Positions 8,355 to 16,819 of a stretch of DNA of 42,841 nucleotides are shown here, piece after piece. The stretch covers positions 1 through 42,841 of the forward strand of contig CAZKVF010000035.1 in the NCBI GenBank assembly GCA_964556085.1, read 5' to 3'. Within the stretch, counting starts at the first letter, position 1. The number at the start of each line of letters is the position of its first letter. This DNA is from an uncultured Solibacteraceae bacterium. GTDB lineage: Bacteria > Acidobacteriota > Terriglobia > Bryobacterales > Bryobacteraceae. The position numbers and the translations under genes were made by a program. The notes under the pieces are model-generated. The model saw only the letters and a list, made by a program, of their open reading frames with translations, did no database searches and was not told the origin of the DNA.

Positions 8355-9302
8355 TCAGGCTTCGAGGATCCGCTTCAAGTATTCGAGTTGGCCCCTGGTT
8401 TCATCCACCGGCGTGCCCGGGCCACGGAACTCGCGCTCGATAATTCCGTAGATCGGCCATTTGTTGTCGCGGATCAGCGTGAGACATTCCTTAATCGGGG
8501 TGTCGCCGGTTCCCAAAGCCACGTTCGGGCCGCCGTCGCGCTTGCGGTCCTTGATATGGATGTGCGTGATGCGGTCGTGGTGCTTCTTCAAGAAGTCGGC
8601 TGCATCGTTATTACCGGCGGTGAAGTGGCCGATGTCCAGGTTGATGGCGAAGTACTTGGACATGGCCAGAAGCTTTTCCATGCTCGCCGGTGTGGCGACT
8701 TCATTCGGATCGTTCACCATGGCATGCGGGTGCCAGGCGGGCCGGATCTTGTACTTTTCCGAGAAAGGGATCAGGCGGGGAGCTACATCGACTCGGCTCT
8801 GATTGGTGCAAAAGCAGGTCACCTTGAGCGCCTGCATCTGCTTGAACACCGTGTCGATCTCCTCATCGGTAAAGTCGAGGTCGAACGTCATGACGTACGA
8901 GAAGAGGTTCAGACCGGCAGCGTCGAATTTCCTGCGGACCTCGCGGAATCGATCAAGCGGCGTCTTCATGCGCCACTCGCGCACGGCAGCGCGCGACTTC
9001 TCGTATTCGGGCGTCATGGGCGAGGGCGGATGCCCGAAGCTCACCGCCCCCTGCAGGCGCGGCTCCAACATATTTACCAGTTCGATATTGGCCGCTCCGG
9101 TGGCCACGCAAGCGGAAACCACTGTATCGATAATGTCTTTGCCCGGCTCGTCCTGGAAAGGCTGCAAAGACCCGGTGATCAAGCCGAGCTTGACGCCTTT
9201 CACCGTGGACTCCAGCCTCGAGCCCCATGCCGGGACGCGTTCCAATGCCGCCAGAGCCGCGCCCGCGAGCGCGTATTTTCCAAATTCTCGTCGTGATTGC
9301 AT
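8355..9302 (-). CDS. Tat-exported sugar phosphate isomerase/epimerase-like (xylose isomerase-like TIM barrel) protein
   Basis: Twin-arginine leader MQSRREFGKYALAGAALAAL. TIM-barrel type motifs (NLDIGHF, THIHIKD). Confidence 0.75.
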   Translation of the reverse strand: MQSRREFGKYALAGAALAALERVPAWGSRLESTVKGVKLGLITGSLQPFQDEPGKDIIDTVVSACVATGAANIELVNMLEPRLQGAVSFGHPPSPMTPEYEKSRAAVREWRMKTPLDRFREVRRKFDAAGLNLFSYVMTFDLDFTDEEIDTVFKQMQALKVTCFCTNQSRVDVAPRLIPFSEKYKIRPAWHPHAMVNDPNEVATPASMEKLLAMSKYFAINLDIGHFTAGNNDAADFLKKHHDRITHIHIKDRKRDGGPNVALGTGDTPIKECLTLIRDNKWPIYGIIEREFRGPGTPVDETRGQLEYLKRILEA

Positions 9303-9312
9303 AGTCCGTTCC

Positions 9313-10149
9313 TCAGGGATGCTTTTCTCCGGGTCGCAAGCCGACCATGTGGCCGTTCACCCCAACGTCTCGATTGTTTTCCTGGCAGATGTACTCGAGC
9401 GGATCCCAATCCGGCTGCCAAGCGACTTTCCAGCCTACCGTCCAGGGCTTGGTATACGCCCCCGGGTCATCGATCGTGGCTTCATAGTGCAGGGTATTGG
9501 TGTCCAGCCGGGTATAGCGCTCGATCACGTGCAGTTGCTCGGTATGGGGGTGGCCGGCGGCATCGAGCCAGGTCCGGTCGTTGAAACCGACCACATCGAC
9601 CACCAGCGTGTCTCCTTCCCAATGACCCACCGAGTGCCCCAGGTAGGTGGGGTTCAGTTTGTCGCCCTTAGGATGCTGGCGGCCATCCATGTAGATGACC
9701 CGCCACATATGCGCGCCGCCCTCATATACCTGCAGGATGCGGTCCTGCAATTGATAGATCTGCATGGGAAACGGGGTGTTCATCATGCGCGGAATACCGG
9801 GTGGCAGACAATATCCTTCGGGATCCTCCTTGGAAAGAGTAGCTTCGCGCTGTTGATAAACGGTTCTGGCCCAGGGCTGAAAGGGAACATCGATGCGCTG
9901 ATCGACCATTTTCATCTGCGCAGCGCGTGTCCGCTCGTCCTTCTCGCCTCCGCCGTTGCCGGAGATGTCGTCCACGATACGCGGGAACCACACGCCTTTG
10001 CCATTGCCCAGGTCGGGGCGGCCATCGGCGAGCCGCGGCACCGGGCCAGGGGCGGTTTTCTCCTGGCCGCTCGACAAATAAGAAAAGAGGAACAGGGCGG
10101 TTAGGATGGCGCCTGCACGCGGGCTTGGACCGGCCACCGGCTTTTTCAA
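9313..10149 (-). CDS. Exported conserved hypothetical protein (function unknown)
   Basis: Signal peptide. Normal-complexity sequence with GHWEGDTLVVDVVGFND and DDPGAYTKPW blocks, resembling a widespread uncharacterised family as I recall it. A 10-nt gap separates it from the next gene. Confidence 0.7.
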   Translation of the reverse strand: MKKPVAGPSPRAGAILTALFLFSYLSSGQEKTAPGPVPRLADGRPDLGNGKGVWFPRIVDDISGNGGGEKDERTRAAQMKMVDQRIDVPFQPWARTVYQQREATLSKEDPEGYCLPPGIPRMMNTPFPMQIYQLQDRILQVYEGGAHMWRVIYMDGRQHPKGDKLNPTYLGHSVGHWEGDTLVVDVVGFNDRTWLDAAGHPHTEQLHVIERYTRLDTNTLHYEATIDDPGAYTKPWTVGWKVAWQPDWDPLEYICQENNRDVGVNGHMVGLRPGEKHP

Positions 10150-10185
10150 GCGAACCTCCAGAGCGGCAGCTATTTTACCACCGGC

Positions 10186-10932
10186 TCACATATACATGCC
10201 GCCATTCACAGCCAGAACGTGGCCGGTGATGTAGCCCGCCTCCTCGCTAGCCAGGAATCGCACCGCAGCCGCAACGTCCTCCGGCGTGCCAATGCGCTCA
10301 AGGGGTATCGATTCGAGGATCTTGCGCTTGCGTTCCTCGGGCAAGTCTTTCGTCATGTCGGTTGCGATGAAGCCCGGCGCAACGACATTCACCGTGATGC
10401 CGCGGCTGCCGATTTCCTGCGCCAAAGACTTCGCCATACCGATCAATCCGGCCTTGGAGGCCGCATAGTTCACCTGTCCTGCGCTGCCCGCCTGACCCAC
10501 TACCGAAGAGATGTTGATGATGCGTCCCCAGCGATTGCGCACCATTCCGGGGAGGACTTGCTGGATCGCGAGAAATGCGCCGTCAAGGTTGGTGCGCAAC
10601 ACGGCATCCCAATCGGCAGCCTTCATGCGCATGGCGAGTCCATCGCGCGTGATCCCGGCGTTATTCACCAGAACGTCTACCCGGCCCTTAGCCTTCTGCG
10701 CGCGCGCAAACGCCTCCTTGATGGATTCAGGGTTTCGCAGATCGAGGTTCACGGCCATAGGGCTGGCGGCAGCCGCCTGCATGGCTTCGGCAAATTCTTG
10801 ACTATTTTCGAGGGTCGTGGCCGCAGCGACCACATCGTAATCCGCACGGCACAGGGCCAGGGCGATGGCCCGGCCAATACCTCGGCTCGCGCCGGTGACA
10901 AAGGCGACGCGCCGCGGCGCACTATTAGTCAT
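10186..10932 (-). CDS. fabG: 3-oxoacyl-[ACP] reductase
   Basis: TGASRGIGRAIA, NNAGITRD, NYAASKAG and GITVNVVAPGFIATDMT. It overlaps the KS gene by 8 nt. Confidence 0.9.
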   Translation of the reverse strand: MTNSAPRRVAFVTGASRGIGRAIALALCRADYDVVAAATTLENSQEFAEAMQAAAASPMAVNLDLRNPESIKEAFARAQKAKGRVDVLVNNAGITRDGLAMRMKAADWDAVLRTNLDGAFLAIQQVLPGMVRNRWGRIINISSVVGQAGSAGQVNYAASKAGLIGMAKSLAQEIGSRGITVNVVAPGFIATDMTKDLPEERKRKILESIPLERIGTPEDVAAAVRFLASEEAGYITGHVLAVNGGMYM

Positions 10933-12142
10933 CAGTGGCCTTCCGGAGCGCCAGTACCGCGTTCAAACCGCCGAAAGCGAAGGAATTCGAGAGCGCGTAT
11001 TCCACATCTGCGCGGCGCGGGCAATTGGGAATCACATCGAGGTCGCACTCAGGGTCGTACTCGTTGAAGTTTGCCGTCGGCGGCAGGACGCCATCGCGCA
11101 AAGCCAGTGTGGTGGCGAGGCACTCGAGCGCGGCAGCGGCGCCTAGCGCGTGGCCATGCATCGACTTGGTGGAGCTGACCGCCAACCGACCGGCGTGCCG
11201 TCCGAAGACGCTGCGGATGGCGGCCGTTTCCGTCACATCGTTGGCGGGCGTGGCCGTGCCGTGGGCGTTGATATAGCCCACCTGCTCCGGGTCAAGCCTT
11301 GCATCTTTCAGTGCCGCGCGCATGGCGCGCGCCGCCCCTTCCGCCGAAGGCTGCGTGATATGGTTGGCATCGGCAGACATGCCGAATCCCACGACCTCGG
11401 CATGAATGCGTGCGCCGCGGGCCCGCGCCGATTCCAGCGGCTCCAGTACGAACATGGCAGCGCCCTCGCCCAGAATCATGCCGCGGCGGTCTTTGGAAAA
11501 AGGCCGGCAGGTATCGGGCGAAACCACACGCATCGCCTCCCAGGCCTTCAGAATGCCGAAACTGAAAGGCGCTTCGCTGCCGCCGGTGATGGCCAGGTCG
11601 GTGATGCCGCCGCGAATCATCCAATACGCCTGGCCGATGGCGTGTGCCGCCGAAGAGCAGGCGGTTGAAATTGTAAAGCTGGGGCCGATGATGCCGAACT
11701 CCATGGAGATGTGGCTCGCCCCCGCGTTGGCCATTGTCTTCGGAATGGTCAGCGGGTGGACGCGGTTATGGCCCAGCTTATAAACCTCGTGGAACCCGAT
11801 ATCCTCGGTGCTCTGTCCGCCCACGCAGGAGCCGGTGATGATAGCGGCGGTTTCGCGCAGTTCGGCCGTCCATTCGACGCCCGCGCCGGCCACGGCCTCG
11901 CGAGCTGCAATCACGGCGAACTGGGCGAAGCGATCGAGGAAGTCCGCGCGGCGGTCGTCGAAATACGGCTGGTGGCTGTAGCCACGCACCTCCGCGCCGT
12001 TCTGAAAGCGCAACGCCGAGGAGTCGGTCGACTCGATGAGGCCGATCCCGGATTTGCCCTCCGTAACGGCCGCGGCGAATTCCGAAACGTCGCGGCCGAG
12101 CGCACAGATGGCGCCCATGCCGGTAATAGCGACGCGGCGCAT
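10925..12142 (-). CDS. Beta-ketoacyl-[ACP] synthase, KAS I/II (FabF/NodE-like)
   Basis: Cys-His-His triad contexts TACSSAAHAIG, NAHGTATP and KSMHGHALGAA. Start taken at ATG 12142 (MRRVAITGMG), 1 nt after the ACP stop. An upstream TTG at 12154 is possible. Confidence 0.9.
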   Translation of the reverse strand: MRRVAITGMGAICALGRDVSEFAAAVTEGKSGIGLIESTDSSALRFQNGAEVRGYSHQPYFDDRRADFLDRFAQFAVIAAREAVAGAGVEWTAELRETAAIITGSCVGGQSTEDIGFHEVYKLGHNRVHPLTIPKTMANAGASHISMEFGIIGPSFTISTACSSAAHAIGQAYWMIRGGITDLAITGGSEAPFSFGILKAWEAMRVVSPDTCRPFSKDRRGMILGEGAAMFVLEPLESARARGARIHAEVVGFGMSADANHITQPSAEGAARAMRAALKDARLDPEQVGYINAHGTATPANDVTETAAIRSVFGRHAGRLAVSSTKSMHGHALGAAAALECLATTLALRDGVLPPTANFNEYDPECDLDVIPNCPRRADVEYALSNSFAFGGLNAVLALRKATDD

Positions 12143-12143
12143 T

Positions 12144-12422
12144 CTATTGGCCAACGGCTGCGTCGGCCGAACCTGCTGCGGACTTGGCCGCCACGAGTTT
12201 GGCTACGCCTTCCACCATCTGCCGGACACTGCGCACCTCGCGCACGTCGTCATCGGGAATGTTGATATCGAATTCGTTTTCCAGCGCGAACAGGATCTCC
12301 ACCGCGTCCATGGAATCGATATTCAATTGCTGGAACTCGCTATCGATCGTGACCTGTTCTAACGGAATCCGCTTGGACGTCGAAATCACTTTTAAGACGC
12401 GCTGAGTCAATTCTTCGGACAT
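12144..12422 (-). CDS. Acyl carrier protein
   Basis: 92 aa with phosphopantetheine-site context LNIDSMDAVEILFALENEF. The first 16 nt overlap the upstream deacetylase gene. Confidence 0.9.
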   Translation of the reverse strand: MSEELTQRVLKVISTSKRIPLEQVTIDSEFQQLNIDSMDAVEILFALENEFDINIPDDDVREVRSVRQMVEGVAKLVAAKSAAGSADAAVGQ

Positions 12423-13147
12423 AGCAACTTATCTAAACGTTCGAATTTATATCCCTGGTCGAGCAGCAGAGGAACCAGGCGGCGCACCGCTTCCACGGTG
12501 GCGCCGATGTCCGGCTTGGCGCGCAACTCCCGGCCATCGTGGAGACAAACAATCGCGCCTGGCGAGACCCGGCCAGCCACGCGATTGACCACCGCGTCAG
12601 CCGGCCGTTTCCAATCATAGCCGATTACGCTCCACATTACCCCCGTCAGATGGAGCCTTTCGAGAGCTTTGGCCAGACCGAACCAACGTACGCCGTAGGG
12701 CGGGCGAAACCAGTTGGGGCATGCCCCGGCATGGCGGCCAATGGTTTCCTGCGCCAGGCGCAGCTCCCGCTCGATAAACTGTCCCGGCTTCACCCCGGCT
12801 CTGGGATCGCAAAGGAAAGCATGGCTGTAACTGTGGTTGCCGATTTCGTGCCCGGCTTCGTGTACGGAGAGGGCGATGCCGGGCAGCCGTTCGACATTCA
12901 TGCCGACCTGAAAAAAAGTCGCGGATACACCGTAGCGTTCCAGAATTTCGAGGATACGCGGCGTGCTTTCACTCGGCCCATCATCGAAGGTTAGAGCCAG
13001 GGCGCGCTGCTGCCCGCCTCCGCGCCAGACCGAAGGCCCGAAGATGCGAGCCGAGCGGCCGCGCACCGCCCAAGCCAGCAACGCGCCGGCGGCTGCCAAG
13101 CCGGCTCCTGCTGCCACTGCGGCGGTGCGGTCGCTGGCGAAGGCCAT
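12407..13147 (-). CDS. Polysaccharide deacetylase (NodB-homology domain), membrane-anchored or exported
   Basis: LTFDDGPS, GHEIGNHSYSH and RPPYG motifs. N-terminal hydrophobic segment. Confidence 0.85.
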   Translation of the reverse strand: MAFASDRTAAVAAGAGLAAAGALLAWAVRGRSARIFGPSVWRGGGQQRALALTFDDGPSESTPRILEILERYGVSATFFQVGMNVERLPGIALSVHEAGHEIGNHSYSHAFLCDPRAGVKPGQFIERELRLAQETIGRHAGACPNWFRPPYGVRWFGLAKALERLHLTGVMWSVIGYDWKRPADAVVNRVAGRVSPGAIVCLHDGRELRAKPDIGATVEAVRRLVPLLLDQGYKFERLDKLLCPKN

Positions 13148-13191
13148 AGCAGCTTATTGTAGCCGCAGTGCGGCGGACTAGCTCGATCCGG

Positions 13192-13593
13192 CTAAACCCG
13201 ATGGATTCTCTCAAGCCCAGGCCAGCGGTCAAAATCAGAATCAAAGCTTAGAATCGATCGGATGCCGTGACGCTCCATGACGGCGATGTGCACGGCATCA
13301 CGAGCCGACATCCCGCCTCGATTTTCGACAATCTCCGAAGCACGCAGAACCTCTGCCTTCCCAATGGGCAGCACTTCGTCGATGATGTCCAACATCACCT
13401 GGAACGCGGGTCTGATGGCGTTCCGCTTATGAATTGCCGTATACCTGTGGAGAATTTCCTGCAGGACTTCTGCGTCCGTTACGAGGCGCTGTCCTGCTCC
13501 GACGAGCCGTTCCAGCAGGATTTGCGCCTCGGTTTTGTGCGGATGCGCGGCTCCAATCAGATACATGGGAACATTGGAGTCGACGAAGATCAA
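13192..13593 (-). CDS. vapC: PIN-domain toxin
   Basis: MIFVDSNV, DAEVLQE, ARDAVH and SFDSDFD acidic motifs. The TTG start overlaps the antitoxin stop (TTGA). Confidence 0.85.
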   Translation of the reverse strand: MIFVDSNVPMYLIGAAHPHKTEAQILLERLVGAGQRLVTDAEVLQEILHRYTAIHKRNAIRPAFQVMLDIIDEVLPIGKAEVLRASEIVENRGGMSARDAVHIAVMERHGIRSILSFDSDFDRWPGLERIHRV

Positions 13594-13835
13594 CCCTGGT
13601 AGCCTTGTTCAATCTCGTTCAGCATCTGCTCCACGTCAGCAGTCGGGAATGAATACTCCACCGCGCGCCGCACGGCGCTTAACTTTGCCTCCGGTTCGGA
13701 GACCGGCCGGCTCGAGCGGGCCTCTCTAAGCACGCGCCGGACCCATTCACCTACTGTGAGGTGTTCCCGCTTCGCGAAGCGCTGGATTTCCGACATTTCG
13801 CGGTCGGGAATCAGCACCTGGAGACGCTTACTCAT
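13590..13835 (-). CDS. vapB: Ribbon-helix-helix type antitoxin
   Basis: 81 aa, directly upstream of and overlapping the PIN gene. The N-terminal KRLQVLIPDREMSEIQRFAKRE has an RHH-like pattern. Confidence 0.75.
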   Translation of the reverse strand: MSKRLQVLIPDREMSEIQRFAKREHLTVGEWVRRVLREARSSRPVSEPEAKLSAVRRAVEYSFPTADVEQMLNEIEQGYQG

Positions 13836-13887
13836 AAGATGAGCATAGCACCATCAATGCCTGAGTGTTCGCCGGAACCCCCGGAAG

Positions 13888-14235
13888 CTACGCAGGTTTT
13901 GAGGCGGTGCGAACCAGATTCGGAGGCACGCCCAGGTGCTTTGTGCCCCAGCCGCACATGGCTTCCATGACAGGAATCAATTCCGTGCCGGCGCCGCTCA
14001 ACATGTAATGGACGCGCGGCGGCACGGTCCCTTCCGCCAGCCGCACGACGACGCCGTCACGGGCCAGCTGGCGGAGTTGAGACGTCAGAACCTTTTCGGT
14101 AACTCCGGGCAACAGATCGCGAAGCTCAGAGAAGCGGCGCGAACCGAACGACAGGTGCCAAACGATCATCACCTTCCATTTCCCCGCCAGCACGTTGGAG
14201 GTGGCCTGCACGGGGCACCCGAAGTGGTTTTTCAT
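13888..14235 (-). CDS. HxlR-family transcriptional regulator
   Basis: CPVQATSNVLAGKWKVMIVWHL...RRFSEL...GVTEKVLTSQLRQLARDGVV. Start at MKNHFG (ATG 14235) with AGGAGAGG upstream. The longer ORF extension is rejected. Confidence 0.9.
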   Translation of the reverse strand: MKNHFGCPVQATSNVLAGKWKVMIVWHLSFGSRRFSELRDLLPGVTEKVLTSQLRQLARDGVVVRLAEGTVPPRVHYMLSGAGTELIPVMEAMCGWGTKHLGVPPNLVRTASKPA

Positions 14236-14415
14236 TGGACCTCTCCTGCGCTTACCCCAAGTGTAGTCCCACACCCGCCCGAATTGCGAAAAGGCAAAAC
14301 CGTTAAAGATTTTGTCAGGCGGCCAACGTGCCAGCTTACAAAATAGTGCGTACTTCCCGGGTTTGCGGCTCCATGATATGTTCGGAATCGCAGCGTGCTT
14401 TTGAGGAGGGCTTCT

Positions 14416-14817
14416 ATGGCGACCACTTTTACTTTGGAGCAGATGAAACAGTTTGTCAGGAACCACTTCGAAGATTTTGTCAACAAGCGCAACGCTGCCG
14501 TGATCCATAGCAATATGACGTCCGACTTTTACGATCACGATGGGCCGGGCGGAAAACCTGCCGGCGTGGATGCGGACGAAAAGATGATGCTCGCCATGTA
14601 TCAATCCATGCCGGATCTGCATTTGACGGTAGAAGACATGGTCGCCGAAGGAGACAAAGTCGTCTGCCGCAATATCTGGCACTGGACCGACGCGGCATCG
14701 GGTAAGCCGATGCAGTTTCACGGCTTCGTCCTATGGCGCTTCGAAGGAAATAGAATTGCTGAGCGTTGGGCCACGGTTACGCAGCCGGCCGAGGGTACGG
14801 CATGGACCAAAGCTTAA
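14416..14817 (+). CDS. SnoaL-like / NTF2-fold (ester cyclase-like) protein
   Basis: MPDLHLTVEDMVAEGDKVV.R....T and W.F.GNRIAERW patterns. GAGGAGGG precedes ATG 14416. Confidence 0.7.
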   Translation: MATTFTLEQMKQFVRNHFEDFVNKRNAAVIHSNMTSDFYDHDGPGGKPAGVDADEKMMLAMYQSMPDLHLTVEDMVAEGDKVVCRNIWHWTDAASGKPMQFHGFVLWRFEGNRIAERWATVTQPAEGTAWTKA

Positions 14818-14857
14818 TTGCTTTTCTTGAAACGGAACAGATAGGAAAGGGCTTGCG

Positions 14858-15727
14858 ATGATACTCGTGACCGGAGCTTCGGGTAATGCGGGTGGCACCG
14901 TCCTCAGGGAGGTTCTGAAGACCGGCAAACCTGTCAAAGCAATGTACCGCTCGCCGGAGGACGCCACCAAATCGCCTGAAAAGATTGAGGCCGTGATCGC
15001 CGATTTCGCCGATAAGCCGAGCCTGGTACGCGGCTTGGGCGGCGTGGACACGGTCTACCTGGTATGCTCGCCCGTGCGCGAGCTGGTGCAGCTGGAAGGC
15101 AACATGGTGGATGCCTGCGGGGAAGCGGGAGTGCGCCGCGTTGTCCTGAACTCGGCCCTCGGCGCGGCGGACTATCCGAAATCATTTCCGAGCTGGCACC
15201 GTAAAGTGGAGGATAAGATCAAGGCCTCGGGGCTCGAATATACGATTCTGCGGCCGAACAGCTTCATGCAAAACGTCCTCATGTATCTCGCTCCGAGCAT
15301 CAGGGCTCAGGGAGCGTTTTACGCGGCCATGGGAGAAGCCCGGATCAGCTTCATTGATGTCCGGGACATCGCCGTGGTAGCGGCCCAGGCGCTGACATCT
15401 TCGAAGCATGCGGGTAAGATCTATGAGCTGAACGGTCCTGAGGCCCTCACTTATGGCGAGCTGGCGGAAAAAATCGCGCGCGCGAGCGGGCGGTTAGTCC
15501 GCTACATAGACATCCCTGTGGAGCAGCAGAGACAAGCACTGCTCGATCAAGGCATGCCGGAGTGGCAAGTGACCGCACTGCTCGATCTGCAGGCGTATTA
15601 CACCGGAGGGCAAGGCGGCGCGGTCGATGATGTCCTGGCCAATCTCCTGGGACGTGCCCCCATAACGATGGACCAGTTTGTGGTGGAATTCAGGGAGAGT
15701 TTTCAGGCACACGCCGGGAAGGCGTAG
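14858..15727 (+). CDS. NmrA-like / atypical SDR NAD(P)-binding protein
   Basis: MILVTGASGNAGG Rossmann start, ILRPNSFMQN. Confidence 0.85.
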   Translation: MILVTGASGNAGGTVLREVLKTGKPVKAMYRSPEDATKSPEKIEAVIADFADKPSLVRGLGGVDTVYLVCSPVRELVQLEGNMVDACGEAGVRRVVLNSALGAADYPKSFPSWHRKVEDKIKASGLEYTILRPNSFMQNVLMYLAPSIRAQGAFYAAMGEARISFIDVRDIAVVAAQALTSSKHAGKIYELNGPEALTYGELAEKIARASGRLVRYIDIPVEQQRQALLDQGMPEWQVTALLDLQAYYTGGQGGAVDDVLANLLGRAPITMDQFVVEFRESFQAHAGKA

Positions 15728-15740
15728 GGGTTCGAGGGTT

Positions 15741-15768
15741 CGCCGGCGCCAAGATCACCGGCGCCACA
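15741..15768. repeat. Copy of palindromic repeat family (cgccGGCGcCAAGATCaCCgGCGCCAC)
   Basis: Starts 13 nt after the TAG stop at 15725-15727. GGCGCC/GGCGCC stem around aagatcacc. Confidence 0.75.
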
Positions 15769-15801
15769 ACGTGATATTCTCTCTCGAAAGGAGACAGCCA
15801 C

Positions 15802-16713
15802 ATGGAACCAACCAAACCCAAACTGCCGCGCGAGGCCGTTCAGCTCTACAACCTCTTTATTCACGGCGAGATCAGCCGCCGGGCCTTCATGGAGGGCGTT
15901 CAGAAATTTGCCGTTGGCGGCCTGACCGCAGCCGCGATCGCCGAGGCCCTGATGCCCAATTATGCTCTGGGGCAGCAGGTATCCAAGAACGATGACCGCA
16001 TCAAGGCCAGCTACGAAACCGTTCCATCGCCTAACGGCAACGGGAGCATCAAGGGATACCTGGTTCGGCCCATCAGCGCCGACACACGTTCCGAGAAGCC
16101 CACGAAACTGGCCGGTGTCATCGTGGTGCACGAAAATCGCGGCCTGAATCCGCACATCGAGGACGTCGCGCGGCGGTTCGCTCTACAGAACTTCATGGCG
16201 TTTGCCCCCGACGCACTCACCTCGCTTGGCGGCTATCCCGGCGACGATTACAAAGGCGGCGAGATGTTCAACAAGGTTGATCCCAAAAAGAGGGAGGAAG
16301 ATTTCGTGGCCGCGGCGATGTGGCTGAAATCACGCCCGGACTGCAGCGGCAAAATCTGCGCCACCGGCTTCTGCTACGGCGGCGGGGTGGCCAATACGCT
16401 GGCCGTGCGTCTGGGAGCCGATATCGCTGCCGTGGCGCCTTATTATGGCGGGCCTCCGATGAAGGATGACTGCATGAAGATCAAAGCCGCAGTCATGGTC
16501 CATCACGGCGCGCTCGATACACGGCTGGCACAGACCTGGCCGGCGTATGACGCAGCCCTCAACGAAGCCAAGGTTCCGCACGAAGGGTACATCTACCCGA
16601 ACGCCGTTCACGGCTTCAATTGCGATGCCACGCCGGAACGCTACAACAAAGCCGCTTCCGATCAGGCGTGGGAGCGTACGATCGGCTGGTTCAATAAGTA
16701 CGCGCGCGGCTGA
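15802..16713 (+). CDS. Dienelactone hydrolase family protein with Tat-like leader
   Basis: ISRRAFMEGV...AAAIAEA leader, VVHENRG and GFCYGG nucleophile motifs. AAGGAGA lies 7 nt upstream of the ATG. Confidence 0.85.
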   Translation: MEPTKPKLPREAVQLYNLFIHGEISRRAFMEGVQKFAVGGLTAAAIAEALMPNYALGQQVSKNDDRIKASYETVPSPNGNGSIKGYLVRPISADTRSEKPTKLAGVIVVHENRGLNPHIEDVARRFALQNFMAFAPDALTSLGGYPGDDYKGGEMFNKVDPKKREEDFVAAAMWLKSRPDCSGKICATGFCYGGGVANTLAVRLGADIAAVAPYYGGPPMKDDCMKIKAAVMVHHGALDTRLAQTWPAYDAALNEAKVPHEGYIYPNAVHGFNCDATPERYNKAASDQAWERTIGWFNKYARG

Positions 16714-16738
16714 TTTTCTGTTTATTGTTCCCGCGGTG

Positions 16739-16764
16739 GCGGCTCCGGAAATTTTCGGAGCCGC
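16739..16764 (+). terminator. Hairpin after the dienelactone hydrolase gene
   Basis: Perfect 9-bp stem GCGGCTCCG / CGGAGCCGC with an 8-nt loop, 26 nt after the stop. No U-tract. Confidence 0.4.
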
Positions 16765-16819
16765 GATAGCAGTGCTGCGCGGGACTGGATCGAGCATTCC
16801 CAATTTGGAGGCTTTCCGG

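Noticed and set aside
8295-10104. Two long + strand ORFs (333 and 433 aa) across the isomerase-like and 278-aa genes
   Set aside because: They are antisense to two genes that have signal peptides and conserved motifs. Their translations are low-information and Arg/His/Gly-rich.
10925-13147. Calling the deacetylase, ACP and KS genes nodB, nodF and nodE
   Set aside because: The similarity is only at family level. There is no nodA or nodC, and no symbiosis context. No gene symbols were assigned.
13888-14721. Full 277-aa minus-strand ORF
   Set aside because: Only the last 115 codons form an HxlR-type winged helix, with its own SD. The upstream part overlaps the divergent SnoaL-like gene in antisense.
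15728-15801. GGTTCGAGGGTTCG resembling a tRNA T-arm
   Set aside because: No acceptor or anticodon stems can be drawn. The region is occupied by the palindromic repeat copy and the next gene's RBS.
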